Sequence record: OZ375201.1 | Length of the DNA: 32,000 bases | Direction: 5' to 3' (one strand) | Translations under genes and position numbers: made by a program | Shown: positions 9,799 to 18,548 of the stretch, piece after piece | Position numbering within the stretch: the first letter of the stretch is position 1 | Layout of the letters: each line of letters opens with the position of its first letter | The notes under the pieces: model-generated | Seen by the model: the letters and a program-made list of their open reading frames with translations, nothing else | Databases searched by the model: none | What the model was told of the DNA's origin: nothing

Positions 9799-10379
9799 TT
9801 ACCATCTTATAAAGAAGGAAATTGGTGCAAGATAAGCACTAATTGATTAGTACAAGGGAAGTGCTAATTGATATTCATGGGAATTCGTACAAGGGCAGTA
9901 CAAATAAAGATAACAATTGAAGAAACATAGCAACTTCGTAGTTCTATAAAATTCTCTAAACTACTAGCTAGAGTAATTTTATAACTGGGGCACTATACTT
10001 CACACTCGGTCACGCTGGGCATACTACAACTACAATTATACCAACACAGGGTCTATAATACAGTTCTACAAATTAACCTAGAACCTTAAAATGATTTAGA
10101 TATCGTTAACTTTAAGTTATAAATTACCTAAATTAAAGTAATTCAATTAACACAAAGTTCCGATTAATAATCACCTAAATTTGAGTTAGGATTAATTTAA
10201 AGAACAACCTTAATCCCCGAGAACTTTTTTGGATGCTTTTATATAAACACTTTAACCTACCTAGAGGTTATAACCCTCCGTTGAGCGGGAATATATAAAA
10301 GTTGATTCAAGTTAAGAAAGTTCTCAGTAAAGCTAAAAGGAGCAAAAACAAAAAGAGTACGTTTTTGCCTTTTAGTCAA

Positions 10380-10402
10380 GGGGGGGGGATTAAGGGGGGG
10401 GG
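10380..10402 (+). repeat. two 9-nt G homopolymers separated by ATTAA
   Basis: Read directly: G run at 10380-10388, attaa, G run at 10394-10402. No comparable homopolymer G/C run was noticed elsewhere in the window. Confidence 0.95.
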
Positions 10403-10458
10403 TCGACCTTCTCCTCGATCATCTAGGCATACTACGGCTTCTGGTAGAAGGTCGTACA

Positions 10459-10693
10459 CAAGAATCCTTAAAGCTTTACGTAGTAAAACGTAGTAAAGCT
10501 TAATAGGGATTCTTGATCCACATTTATGAGTGGATTAAGTAATATTCTTTATCCCTTTTAAAGGGATAAAGGTTATTACGGTTCTTCAAGGATAATCTTT
10601 AAGAGCATTATAGAATATATGAAGTATATTAATATACGTAGTATATTGATATACGAGTATATTGTAATAATGCTCAGTTTATTAAAGATTATC
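10459..10693. repeat. cluster of inverted repeats and palindromes
   Basis: An imperfect IR at 10459-10515 encloses the tandem acgtagtaaa x2. Hairpin atccac/gtggat at 10516-10535. Perfect 25-nt palindrome at 10547-10571. Long IR arms 10591-10611 and 10667-10693 enclose reiterated gtatattRatatac palindromes. Confidence 0.85.
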
Positions 10694-10811
10694 TCTAATT
10701 GTTATGAATACGCATAATATGACTAGTACTAGTAGGATTAATCTATAGCTGCGTTAGCATGCCCACTCACTAATATATATAAATATACAAGCCTGCATAT
10801 ACCTAAATGGG

Positions 10812-10915
10812 TAATAACACGATGGTTTTGGTTTACTAACCAGCCCTTGCTTAAAGAGCCTAGTAATAACATGATGGTTTTGGTTTACTAACCAGCCCTT
10901 GCTTAGAAAGACTAG
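10812..10915 (+). repeat. 52-bp direct tandem duplication (2 copies, 48/52 identical)
   Basis: Copy 1 (10812-10863): taataacacgatggttttggtttactaaccagcccttgcttaaagagcctag. Copy 2 (10864-10915): taataacatgatggttttggtttactaaccagcccttgcttagaaagactag. Confidence 0.95.
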
Positions 10916-11135
10916 TTAAACGGTTTGTTTAGATAACCTCCTAACTTAGTACAACAATGACTTAGTTTGTGAAACCATCACGTTAACCTGCTCTATTACT
11001 TGCTTGGTTTGTGTATAAGGTTACCGGATTAACTAAAGTTGTTGTAAGGAACTAGGTCCGACCGCAGGCCTTATTTAGGCCTAAAAGGTCGGATCAACCC
11101 CCTTAGTAGAGAACTACTCTTGGTTAACCAACGAT

Positions 11136-11207
11136 GGGGGGTTAGTTTAGTGGATAAAACAACGACCTTCTAAGTCGTAGTCGATGGTTCGACTCCGTCA
11201 CTCCCTA
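11136..11207 (+). tRNA. trnR(UCU): tRNA-Arg, anticodon UCU
   Basis: Acceptor GGGGGGT/ACTCCCT (two G-U pairs), anticodon arm ACGAC-CTTCTAA-GTCGT, T arm GATGG-TTCGACT-CCGTC. Confidence 0.85.
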
Positions 11208-11246
11208 AAGCAGTAACCAACTATCCCCTAAAGTAGTAGAAAGGCC

Positions 11247-11320
11247 CAAGGTGTAGCGCAGCTTGGTAGCGCATCTGTTTTGGGAACAGAAGGTCATAGG
11301 TTCAAATCCTATCACCTTGA
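11247..11320 (+). tRNA. trnP(UGG): tRNA-Pro, anticodon UGG
   Basis: Acceptor CAAGGTG/CACCTTG (C1-G72), anticodon arm TCTGT-TTTGGGA-ACAGA, T arm ATAGG-TTCAAAT-CCTAT. Confidence 0.9.
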
Positions 11321-11347
11321 CTAAAAAAGAAGAGAAAGAACGAAATA

Positions 11348-11650
11348 ATGAGTTTAATCCATTCACTTCACGTATCCTTTGTAGTTTTTCTTCTAGGTCT
11401 TGTAGGGATCTATTTAAACAGAAAGAACATTATTTTGGTCTTAATGAGTATAGAATTAATGCTTTTAGGTATCAATTTAAACCTTTTAAGTTTTTCTGTT
11501 TCTTTAGACGATCTTTTAGGTCAAATCTTTGCACTTTTTATACTTACAGTAGCAGCAGCTGAATCCGCTATTGGTTTAGCGATTCTTGTTATTTACTTTC
11601 GTGTAAGAGGTACAATTGATATAGAATTCATTCGCTTAATGAAAGGCTAA
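11348..11650 (+). CDS. nad4L: NADH dehydrogenase subunit 4L
   Basis: 100-aa hydrophobic ORF with the [12 protein letters not shown] and [13 protein letters not shown] motifs. Confidence 0.95.
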   Translation: MSLIHSLHVSFVVFLLGLVGIYLNRKNIILVLMSIELMLLGINLNLLSFSVSLDDLLGQIFALFILTVAAAESAIGLAILVIYFRVRGTIDIEFIRLMKG

Positions 11651-11675
11651 TGAAAAAATTTAAAGGTTAAAGGAA

Positions 11676-11758
11676 TGGGAAAGGTAGGATTCGAACCTAC
11701 GTAGATATTAATCAACAGATTTACAGTCTGCCGCCTTTAGCCACTCAGCCACTTTCCC
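11676..11758 (-). tRNA. trnY(GUA): tRNA-Tyr, anticodon GUA (long variable arm)
   Basis: The reverse complement folds as GGGAAAG-TG-GCTG..GCAGA-CTGTAAA-TCTGT, long variable arm, GTAGG-TTCGAAT-CCTAC-CTTTCCC-A. Confidence 0.88.
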
Positions 11759-11781
11759 ATAAAAACCCCAACAACGCGTTT

Positions 11782-12297
11782 ATGCCACAATTAGACCATC
11801 TAACGTATTTTTCTCAGTATTTCTGGCTTTGTGTAACCTTTTTCACTTTCTACGCATTTTGTGTGAAGTATTATCTTCCTGAGCTAACTCGTTTAGCAAA
11901 ATACCGTGGTAAAAGATTAAATGAAGGCCTTTCTACAGAAGAAAGTTCTGCTAATGATCAAATGAAAAAGTCAATCGAAGGCCTTAAAGGCTCTTTCGGT
12001 GATGTACACAAGAGTTCACAAGAAACAAGTGGGTTTTTTACAATTACATCAGGTTCTTGGTTCTGGTCTCGCGAATGGAAACCTTTTGGAAAAACCCAAA
12101 AAGGGCGCCATTCTTCATATAATCACTGTGAAGAAAGCTTCCAAAACCACCATGCTAAAGAGAGTCTTAATGAATCTTTAACTTCTGGACATACCAATGG
12201 TTTCGATTCTTTAATGCCTTCTTCTACTAAGGGTGTTTACCTGGACGCTTTTGATGTTTTTGTGTTTAAAGGGCTTGGATTAAAAATGAATAAATAA
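11782..12297 (+). CDS. atp8: ATP synthase F0 subunit 8 (orfB-type), long C-terminal tail
   Basis: MPQLDHLTYFSQYFWL N-terminus and a single TM helix typical of atp8. Lies directly upstream of atp4, as in many mtDNAs. Confidence 0.85.
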   Translation: MPQLDHLTYFSQYFWLCVTFFTFYAFCVKYYLPELTRLAKYRGKRLNEGLSTEESSANDQMKKSIEGLKGSFGDVHKSSQETSGFFTITSGSWFWSREWKPFGKTQKGRHSSYNHCEESFQNHHAKESLNESLTSGHTNGFDSLMPSSTKGVYLDAFDVFVFKGLGLKMNK

Positions 12298-12306
12298 TAA
12301 AATAAA

Positions 12307-12954
12307 ATGACAAAAGAATCTAAAAAAAAGATCGAAAAGAAAAAGATCTTAAAATCTGAAGAAACTTCAGGTTCTCTTTTAGAAATGACAACATTTCATA
12401 AGGGTGTTGCTGCCTTTTTAGTTTTTATCGTATTTAGTTCAAAAGGAATCCTTATTTACAATGAAGAAATTCTAGTTGGCTTAGGCTTTACAGGATTCGT
12501 TTATTATGTTTCTAAATTTCATGGAAAAGATATTGGAGAGTCTCTAGATGTTCGTGGAGATGGCTTCAAAATGAAGTTAGAGGAGAATGTAGAAAAGGAA
12601 AGATCTTTAATCCAAAATAGATCAAAAGCTCTTGGAAATGGTTCTACCGAATTGGACTCTGTAGAGTTTAAGGCTGGGGACGAAGACCAAAAAGCTATCC
12701 TTAGCTGGTTATATTCAGGCTGGGTTGCATCTCAAAACCTTTCTTTTAAATCTTCGTTTGGTACTAATTTTTTGAATATCGCAAAAAATGAGTCAAGAGC
12801 GGGAGGAGATGAGATTGCAGTTTGGTCAAATGGTTTCCGTGGAAAGATTTATGAGGCTGTAAAAGAGTCACATAAAGGTCAAAAAGGTCAGAGAAGTGCC
12901 CAAGAAGCATGGATTCTTGCTAGTCTATCAACTCTTGAAAAAGCAGATCTTTAA
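12307..12954 (+). CDS. atp4: ATP synthase F0 subunit b (atp4 / ymf39 / orf25)
   Basis: The segment ILIYNEEILVGLGFTGFVYYVSK matches the conserved IYNEE(M/I)(I/L)VA..FIGF core of plant and algal atp4. atp8-atp4 adjacency supports the call. Confidence 0.8.
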   Translation: MTKESKKKIEKKKILKSEETSGSLLEMTTFHKGVAAFLVFIVFSSKGILIYNEEILVGLGFTGFVYYVSKFHGKDIGESLDVRGDGFKMKLEENVEKERSLIQNRSKALGNGSTELDSVEFKAGDEDQKAILSWLYSGWVASQNLSFKSSFGTNFLNIAKNESRAGGDEIAVWSNGFRGKIYEAVKESHKGQKGQRSAQEAWILASLSTLEKADL

Positions 12955-13007
12955 TCTTTAGAAAACCTACCAATTTTAGGTGTTCCAGCATATAAATTGT
13001 ATAATAA

Positions 13008-14693
<1,686 letters not shown>

Positions 14694-14694
14694 A

Positions 14695-15873
14695 ATGAAT
14701 CAAAAAGAACTAAAGAATTTTACTCTTAATTTTGGTCCCCAGCATCCGGCGGCTCACGGAGTTCTTCGTTTAGTTCTGGAGATGAATGGAGAGGTTGTTG
14801 ATCGAGCAGATCCCCATATTGGCCTCCTTCATAGAGGGACTGAAAAACTTATTGAATATAAAACATATTTACAAGCCCTTCCTTATTTTGATCGACTTGA
14901 CTATGTTTCAATGATGTGCCAAGAGCACGCGTATTCTTTGGCTGTTGAGAAACTTTTAAATGCTGAAGTTCCTTTACGAGGCCAATATATTCGTGTTCTG
15001 TTTTCAGAGATTACTCGTTTATTAAATCATCTTCTGGCTTTAACGACACATGCTATGGATGTGGGTGCCCTTACACCCTTTTTATGGGCTTTTGAAGAGC
15101 GTGAAAGGCTTATGGAGTTTTATGAGAGGGTTTCAGGTGCTCGTTTACACGCAGCTTATGTTCGTCCTGGAGGGGTTTCTCAAGATCTACCTCATTCTTT
15201 ATGTGAAGACATTTATCAATTTGCTCAATCTTTTGGTTCGCGTATTGATGAAATGGAAGAACTTTTAACTGCAAACAGAATTTGGAAACAGCGTCTTGTT
15301 AACATTGGAGTCGTTACTCGAGCAGAAGCCCTTGATTGGGGCTTTACAGGAGTAATGTTACGTGGTTCCGGTGTAGCTTGGGATTTACGTAAGTCTCAAC
15401 CTTATGATGTGTACGATCGTCTTGATTTCGATGTTCCTGTAGGAACACGAGGAGATTGTTATGATCGTTACTTAATCCGTGTTGAAGAGATGCGCCAATC
15501 TCTGCGTATTATTTCTCAATGTTTAAATCAAATCCCTGATGGTCCTTTCAAATCTGATGATTTTAAGCTTAGTCCTCCTTCGCGTACAGACATGAAGGAA
15601 AGTATGGAGGCTCTTATTCATCATTTTAAGCTTTATACAGAGGGTTTTCATGTTCCAAAGGGTGAGACTTATACCTCCGTTGAAGCCCCTAAAGGGGAAT
15701 TCGGCGTATACCTTGTTGCTGATGGAACAAACAGGCCATACCGTTGTAAAATACGTGCTCCTGGGTTCTATCACCTCCAAGGTTTAGATTTTATGAGTCG
15801 TCATCATATGTTAGCCGACGTTGTAACTATCATCGGAACACAAGATATTGTTTTCGGTGAGGTTGATCGTTAA
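14695..15873 (+). CDS. nad7: NADH dehydrogenase subunit 7 (49 kDa / NuoD)
   Basis: 392-aa [34 protein letters not shown] and a C-terminal FGEVDR. The ATG lies 1 nt after the cox1 stop. Confidence 0.98.
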   Translation: MNQKELKNFTLNFGPQHPAAHGVLRLVLEMNGEVVDRADPHIGLLHRGTEKLIEYKTYLQALPYFDRLDYVSMMCQEHAYSLAVEKLLNAEVPLRGQYIRVLFSEITRLLNHLLALTTHAMDVGALTPFLWAFEERERLMEFYERVSGARLHAAYVRPGGVSQDLPHSLCEDIYQFAQSFGSRIDEMEELLTANRIWKQRLVNIGVVTRAEALDWGFTGVMLRGSGVAWDLRKSQPYDVYDRLDFDVPVGTRGDCYDRYLIRVEEMRQSLRIISQCLNQIPDGPFKSDDFKLSPPSRTDMKESMEALIHHFKLYTEGFHVPKGETYTSVEAPKGEFGVYLVADGTNRPYRCKIRAPGFYHLQGLDFMSRHHMLADVVTIIGTQDIVFGEVDR

Positions 15874-15986
15874 TTTCTTTTCTTTTTTGCTTTCCTATGT
15901 AAAAGCATAAAATATTGCGTATGCTGTAAACAGAGTTTTTAATTATATATAATATATGTAATTATTCTTATTGTGGTCAATTGTAG

Positions 15987-16015
15987 CTCTGGTGTGCTCC
16001 CTTATAAGGAAAAGG
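15987..16015 (+). repeat. copy of the dispersed CTGGTGTGC(A/T)CCCTTATAAGGAAA motif, 24 nt upstream of trnS(GCU)
   Basis: ctctggtgtgctcccttataaggaaaagg. 24/26 identical to the minus-strand copy at 19975-20003. Followed by the hairpin aaaaggtt-tct-aacctttt. Confidence 0.8.
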
Positions 16016-16039
16016 TTTCTAACCTTTTTAGTGAGCACA

Positions 16040-16126
16040 GGGAGGGTGGCTGAGTGGTCGAAGGCGCCGGTTTGCTAAACCGGTCTACAATTTTTTGTAG
16101 CACGGGTTCGAATCCCGTTCTTCCCG
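16040..16126 (+). tRNA. trnS(GCU): tRNA-Ser, anticodon GCU (long variable arm)
   Basis: GGGAGGG-TG-GCTG..GGCG-CCGGT-TTGCTAA-ACCGG, long variable arm, ACGGG-TTCGAAT-CCCGT-TCTTCCC-G. Architecture parallels bacterial tRNA-Ser. Confidence 0.88.
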
Positions 16127-16185
16127 AGTACGGGATTTTGCATATTTTTGTATGTAAAAACCTAATTAGAAAAAAGTATGCTTTT

Positions 16186-16545
16186 ATGTCTCCAAAAAAA
16201 TCCTCCCTTAGCTCTCTTAAATTGAAGCTTACTTGTGGTGATCTTGGATTACTCCAGGCTTTTGAAAAAGAATTAAAACATTTTCTTGATAAAGAAGCTT
16301 CTTACACATTTTTGCGTTTCTCTGGCCAATCTCGCCTTAAAACCGTTTTACGTTCGCCTCATGTTAATAAAAAATCGAGGGAACATTTCATTTTAAAGTC
16401 GTATAAATCAGGTTATACCATTAAGGACCCTTCAAATCAGTGTGTTAAAGGCTTAATAATGCGGTTAAAGTCCTGGTCTGGGGGTGAATTTTCTCTTAGA
16501 TTTTGCGAGAGATATGGTCAAAATATTGACTTCAAGGGCAATTAG
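16186..16545 (+). CDS. rps10: ribosomal protein S10 (start moved to the ATG downstream of trnS)
   Basis: The segment LKTVLRSPHVNKKSREHFILKSYKSGYTI matches the conserved S10 core (SPH..KKSREQFE). The tracked start at 16054 lies inside trnS(GCU). Confidence 0.85.
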   Translation: MSPKKSSLSSLKLKLTCGDLGLLQAFEKELKHFLDKEASYTFLRFSGQSRLKTVLRSPHVNKKSREHFILKSYKSGYTIKDPSNQCVKGLIMRLKSWSGGEFSLRFCERYGQNIDFKGN

Positions 16546-16608
16546 CTCAGTTGGTAGAGTACCTCGCTTACAACGAGAATGTCAGCGGTTCGAGTCCGTT
16601 ATTGCCCA
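16536..16608 (+). tRNA. trnV(UAC): tRNA-Val, anticodon UAC; overlaps the last 10 nt of rps10
   Basis: Acceptor GGGCAAT/ATTGCCC, anticodon arm CCTCG-CTTACAA-CGAGA, T arm AGCGG-TTCGAGT-CCGTT. Confidence 0.9.
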
Positions 16609-16628
16609 TTTAATTTTCCTTTGATCCT

Positions 16629-16700
16629 TGGAGTATAGCCAAGTGGTAAGGCATCGGTTTTTGGTATCGACATTCAAAGGTTCGAATCCTTTTACTCCAG
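16629..16700 (+). tRNA. trnQ(UUG): tRNA-Gln, anticodon UUG
   Basis: TGGAGTA-TA-GCCAAGTGGTAAGGC-A-TCGGT-TTTTGGT-ATCGA-CATTC-AAAGG-TTCGAAT-CCTTT-TACTCCA-G. Closely parallels bacterial tRNA-Gln. Confidence 0.9.
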
Positions 16701-16796
16701 TAGATTGTATATTTATCTTGCTTCATAAGTTTACAAATAGGCAAAATTGAAGTTATATAATAATTTTTGGTAGATATTTCAAAAAGGTAAATATAG

Positions 16797-16868
16797 GGGG
16801 GTGTAACTCAATGGTAGAGTATATGCTTTGCAAGCATGAGGTTATCGGTTCAAGTCCGATCACCTCCA
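16797..16868 (+). tRNA. trnA(UGC): tRNA-Ala, anticodon UGC
   Basis: Acceptor GGGGGTG/CACCTCC with the G3-U70 Ala identity pair. Anticodon arm TATGC-TTTGCAA-GCATG. Confidence 0.92.
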
Positions 16869-16897
16869 TTTATTCGGATTATAAAATAACTATTTTT

Positions 16898-16986
16898 GGA
16901 TAGATGTCTGAGTCCGGTTTAAGGTATCAGCCTTGAAAGCTGAAGGGTCCACAAAGGCCCCGGGGGTTCGAATCCCTCTCTATCCG
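16898..16986 (+). tRNA. trnS(UGA): tRNA-Ser, anticodon UGA (long variable arm)
   Basis: Acceptor GGATAGA/TCTATCC, anticodon arm TCAGC-CTTGAAA-GCTGA, long variable arm, T arm GGGGG-TTCGAAT-CCCTC. Confidence 0.88.
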
Positions 16987-17024
16987 GCCTATTTACGAAC
17001 CCATACCGACCTCGTAATAGGTTT

Positions 17025-17098
17025 TGCGGGATGGAGTAATTGGTCAACTCGTTAGGCTCATGACCTGAAGATTGTAGGTTCAAGTCCTACTCCCGCAT
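17025..17098 (+). tRNA. trnfM(CAU): initiator tRNA-fMet, anticodon CAU
   Basis: TGCGGGA-TG-GAGT..ACTC-G-TTAGG-CTCATGA-CCTGA... It has the A11-U24 pair and strong overall similarity to the bacterial initiator (CGCGGGGTGGAGCAG...GGGCTCATAACCC). Confidence 0.8.
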
Positions 17099-17160
17099 TT
17101 AAAAGATAAAATCTTTTTAATAATATAGAGGTAAAGGTTCCTATAAAAATAATTTATTAT

Positions 17161-17877
17161 ATGAAAATTCCTTTCTTTATCCATTTTAATGAAGTTAAGT
17201 TAAGGGGTCTTTTTATTTTATTTAGTCTCTTAATTTCCTTGTGTGTTTCTTTTCTAGACCCCACATGTGTACTTTTCATTATTATGAGACCTCTATGGCT
17301 TTCGGTACAAGCACCTTTTCTTTTTACCCATCCTTTGGAGGGTCTACACGCTTCTCTTCTAGCTCAGGTGTTTATAGGGTTTCTTTTTTCTTTTCCTCTA
17401 ATTCTATACCATTTCTGGTCTTTTCTAAGTTCCAGTCTTTTAGAGTATGAAAAAAAAACTTTAACAAAAACCCTTTTGTTGTTTGTATTAATCTTCGTTT
17501 TTGGTTTTTATTCTTTCTACTTTGGTTTATTACCTACGTTGTGTGAATTTTTTTTAAGTTATTCTTCATCTTTTGCTCTTTTAGAGCCCCGTGTTTTAGA
17601 TTACCTTATATTTTTCATCAAATTCTTCACATGCGTTATTCTTTCTTTAGTTACGCCATGCATTCTTTTTTTAGGTTGTGTTTATTTGGAGAAAGATCCA
17701 AAAGAATTGGAAGAATTAAGGTCTTGGGCTATTCTTTTTAGTGCTCTTTTAGGAGCCTTAGTGTCACCAGCGGAAGTTACAAGTCAAATTATCCTCGGTT
17801 TTTGTTTTTATTTATTGTATGAGCTATTATTAATAGGTTTGTGGGTTTATTGGATTAATTTAAAAAGTAAAAAATGA
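17161..17877 (+). CDS. tatC: Sec-independent protein translocase TatC homologue (mttB / ymf16)
   Basis: 238-aa polytopic hydrophobic ORF with the TatC-like LVSPAEVTSQI motif (compare SPPD..SQ). TGA stop overlaps the rps2 ATG. Confidence 0.82.
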   Translation: MKIPFFIHFNEVKLRGLFILFSLLISLCVSFLDPTCVLFIIMRPLWLSVQAPFLFTHPLEGLHASLLAQVFIGFLFSFPLILYHFWSFLSSSLLEYEKKTLTKTLLLFVLIFVFGFYSFYFGLLPTLCEFFLSYSSSFALLEPRVLDYLIFFIKFFTCVILSLVTPCILFLGCVYLEKDPKELEELRSWAILFSALLGALVSPAEVTSQIILGFCFYLLYELLLIGLWVYWINLKSKK

Positions 17878-18548
17878 AGAAAAATAAAGATCTACTTAGG
17901 ATCAGCCCCTTATCTTTTTTGAAGGTTGGTGGTCATATTGGTAATCCCGAACTACATTGGAGTCAAAAATCTTTATGCTTGGGTAGAAAACACGGGCTAT
18001 GGATTTATGACGGGGATCTTATGAAAAGGAGCTTACGTATTGCTTATACATATTTACAGCATTTTATTTCTAAAAATGAGCCTATTCTTGTAGTTAGTCA
18101 AGAAGAGTCTTTAAATAAGGCTGTAAAGTTTTTTTGTGATAAGATGGGTTTTTTTCACATGCAAGAAAAATGGATGGGAGGTCTTTTAACAAACTGGTCT
18201 CAGGTAAAAAAACAGCGTAAGCATTTTTTGAAAGTAAAGGAATCTCACGGGAGCCTTTTAGAGAAAAGAAAAGATAGGCCTTATTTAAAAGTAAAATCAC
18301 GGTTTTCCGGAATTGAAGAAATGCCTAAACGGCCTTGTTTGTGCATTATCTTAGATATTCAAGAAAATGAGTACGCTCTTAAAGAGGCTCTAAAGTTAAA
18401 AATTCCTGTCATGGCCTTCATAAACACAAGTGATGATATCCGAGGGGTGAGTTTCCCTATATTTGGAGCTAATAAATCATTATTATGGGTTAGGTGGGTT
18501 TTTGAGGTTTTCTTAAGATGGGAAGAAAAAAACAAAAGCAAAAAATGA
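17874..18548 (+). CDS. rps2: ribosomal protein S2
   Basis: 224-aa ORF. LKVGGHIGN, ILVVSQEES and WMGGLLTNW motifs typical of S2. Confidence 0.9.
   Translation: MKKNKDLLRISPLSFLKVGGHIGNPELHWSQKSLCLGRKHGLWIYDGDLMKRSLRIAYTYLQHFISKNEPILVVSQEESLNKAVKFFCDKMGFFHMQEKWMGGLLTNWSQVKKQRKHFLKVKESHGSLLEKRKDRPYLKVKSRFSGIEEMPKRPCLCIILDIQENEYALKEALKLKIPVMAFINTSDDIRGVSFPIFGANKSLLWVRWVFEVFLRWEEKNKSKK

Larger units (their letters stand above)
9799..11135. other. largest non-coding region in the window; repeat- and palindrome-rich candidate control region
   Basis: No credible ORF, tRNA or rRNA motif on either strand. Contains G9-ATTAA-G9, several perfect or near-perfect palindromes and a 52-bp tandem duplication. 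Confidence 0.7.

Noticed and set aside
9533-9805. 90-aa minus-strand ORF
   Set aside because: It spans trnW, trnG(UCC) and trnL(UAA). The interval is explained by three well-folding tRNAs.
9985-10035. Possible 5S rRNA on the minus strand. The reverse complement reads ...gcccagcgtgaccgagtgtgaagtatagtgcccc, faintly like the bacterial 5S CCCAUGCCGAACUCAGAAGUGAAACGCC segment.
   Set aside because: I could not build helix I, II or III pairings around it, and the similarity is short and gappy. An Rfam 5S_rRNA scan would settle it. A significant hit would overturn this rejection.
10302-10493. 63-aa ORF in the non-coding region
   Set aside because: It starts at a non-ATG (TTG) codon. Its centre is just the translated G9 tracts (GGGIKGGG). 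It has no recognisable motif and is too short to support.
10812-10915. CRISPR-like array, or any prokaryotic defence or mobile cassette
   Set aside because: There are only two directly abutting repeat copies with no spacers, no cas-like ORFs, and every sizeable ORF is a standard mitochondrial gene. The context is organellar, so the novel-system hypothesis is not supported.
9799-11135. Search for mitochondrial RNase P RNA (rnpB), which co-occurs with nad10 in at least one green algal mtDNA
   Set aside because: No GGAAAGTCC-type CR-I motif or matching CR-V motif on either strand here or in any other spacer of the window. If the genome has rnpB, it lies outside these 32 kb.
16054-16185. Tracked upstream extension of rps10, with similar extensions at 6063 for rps19 and 18518 for rps4
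   Set aside because: The rps10 extension runs through trnS(GCU). The rps19 extension overlaps rps8 and precedes the canonical MPRSVWKGP N-terminus. The rps4 extension is possible but less parsimonious than the ATGA junction.
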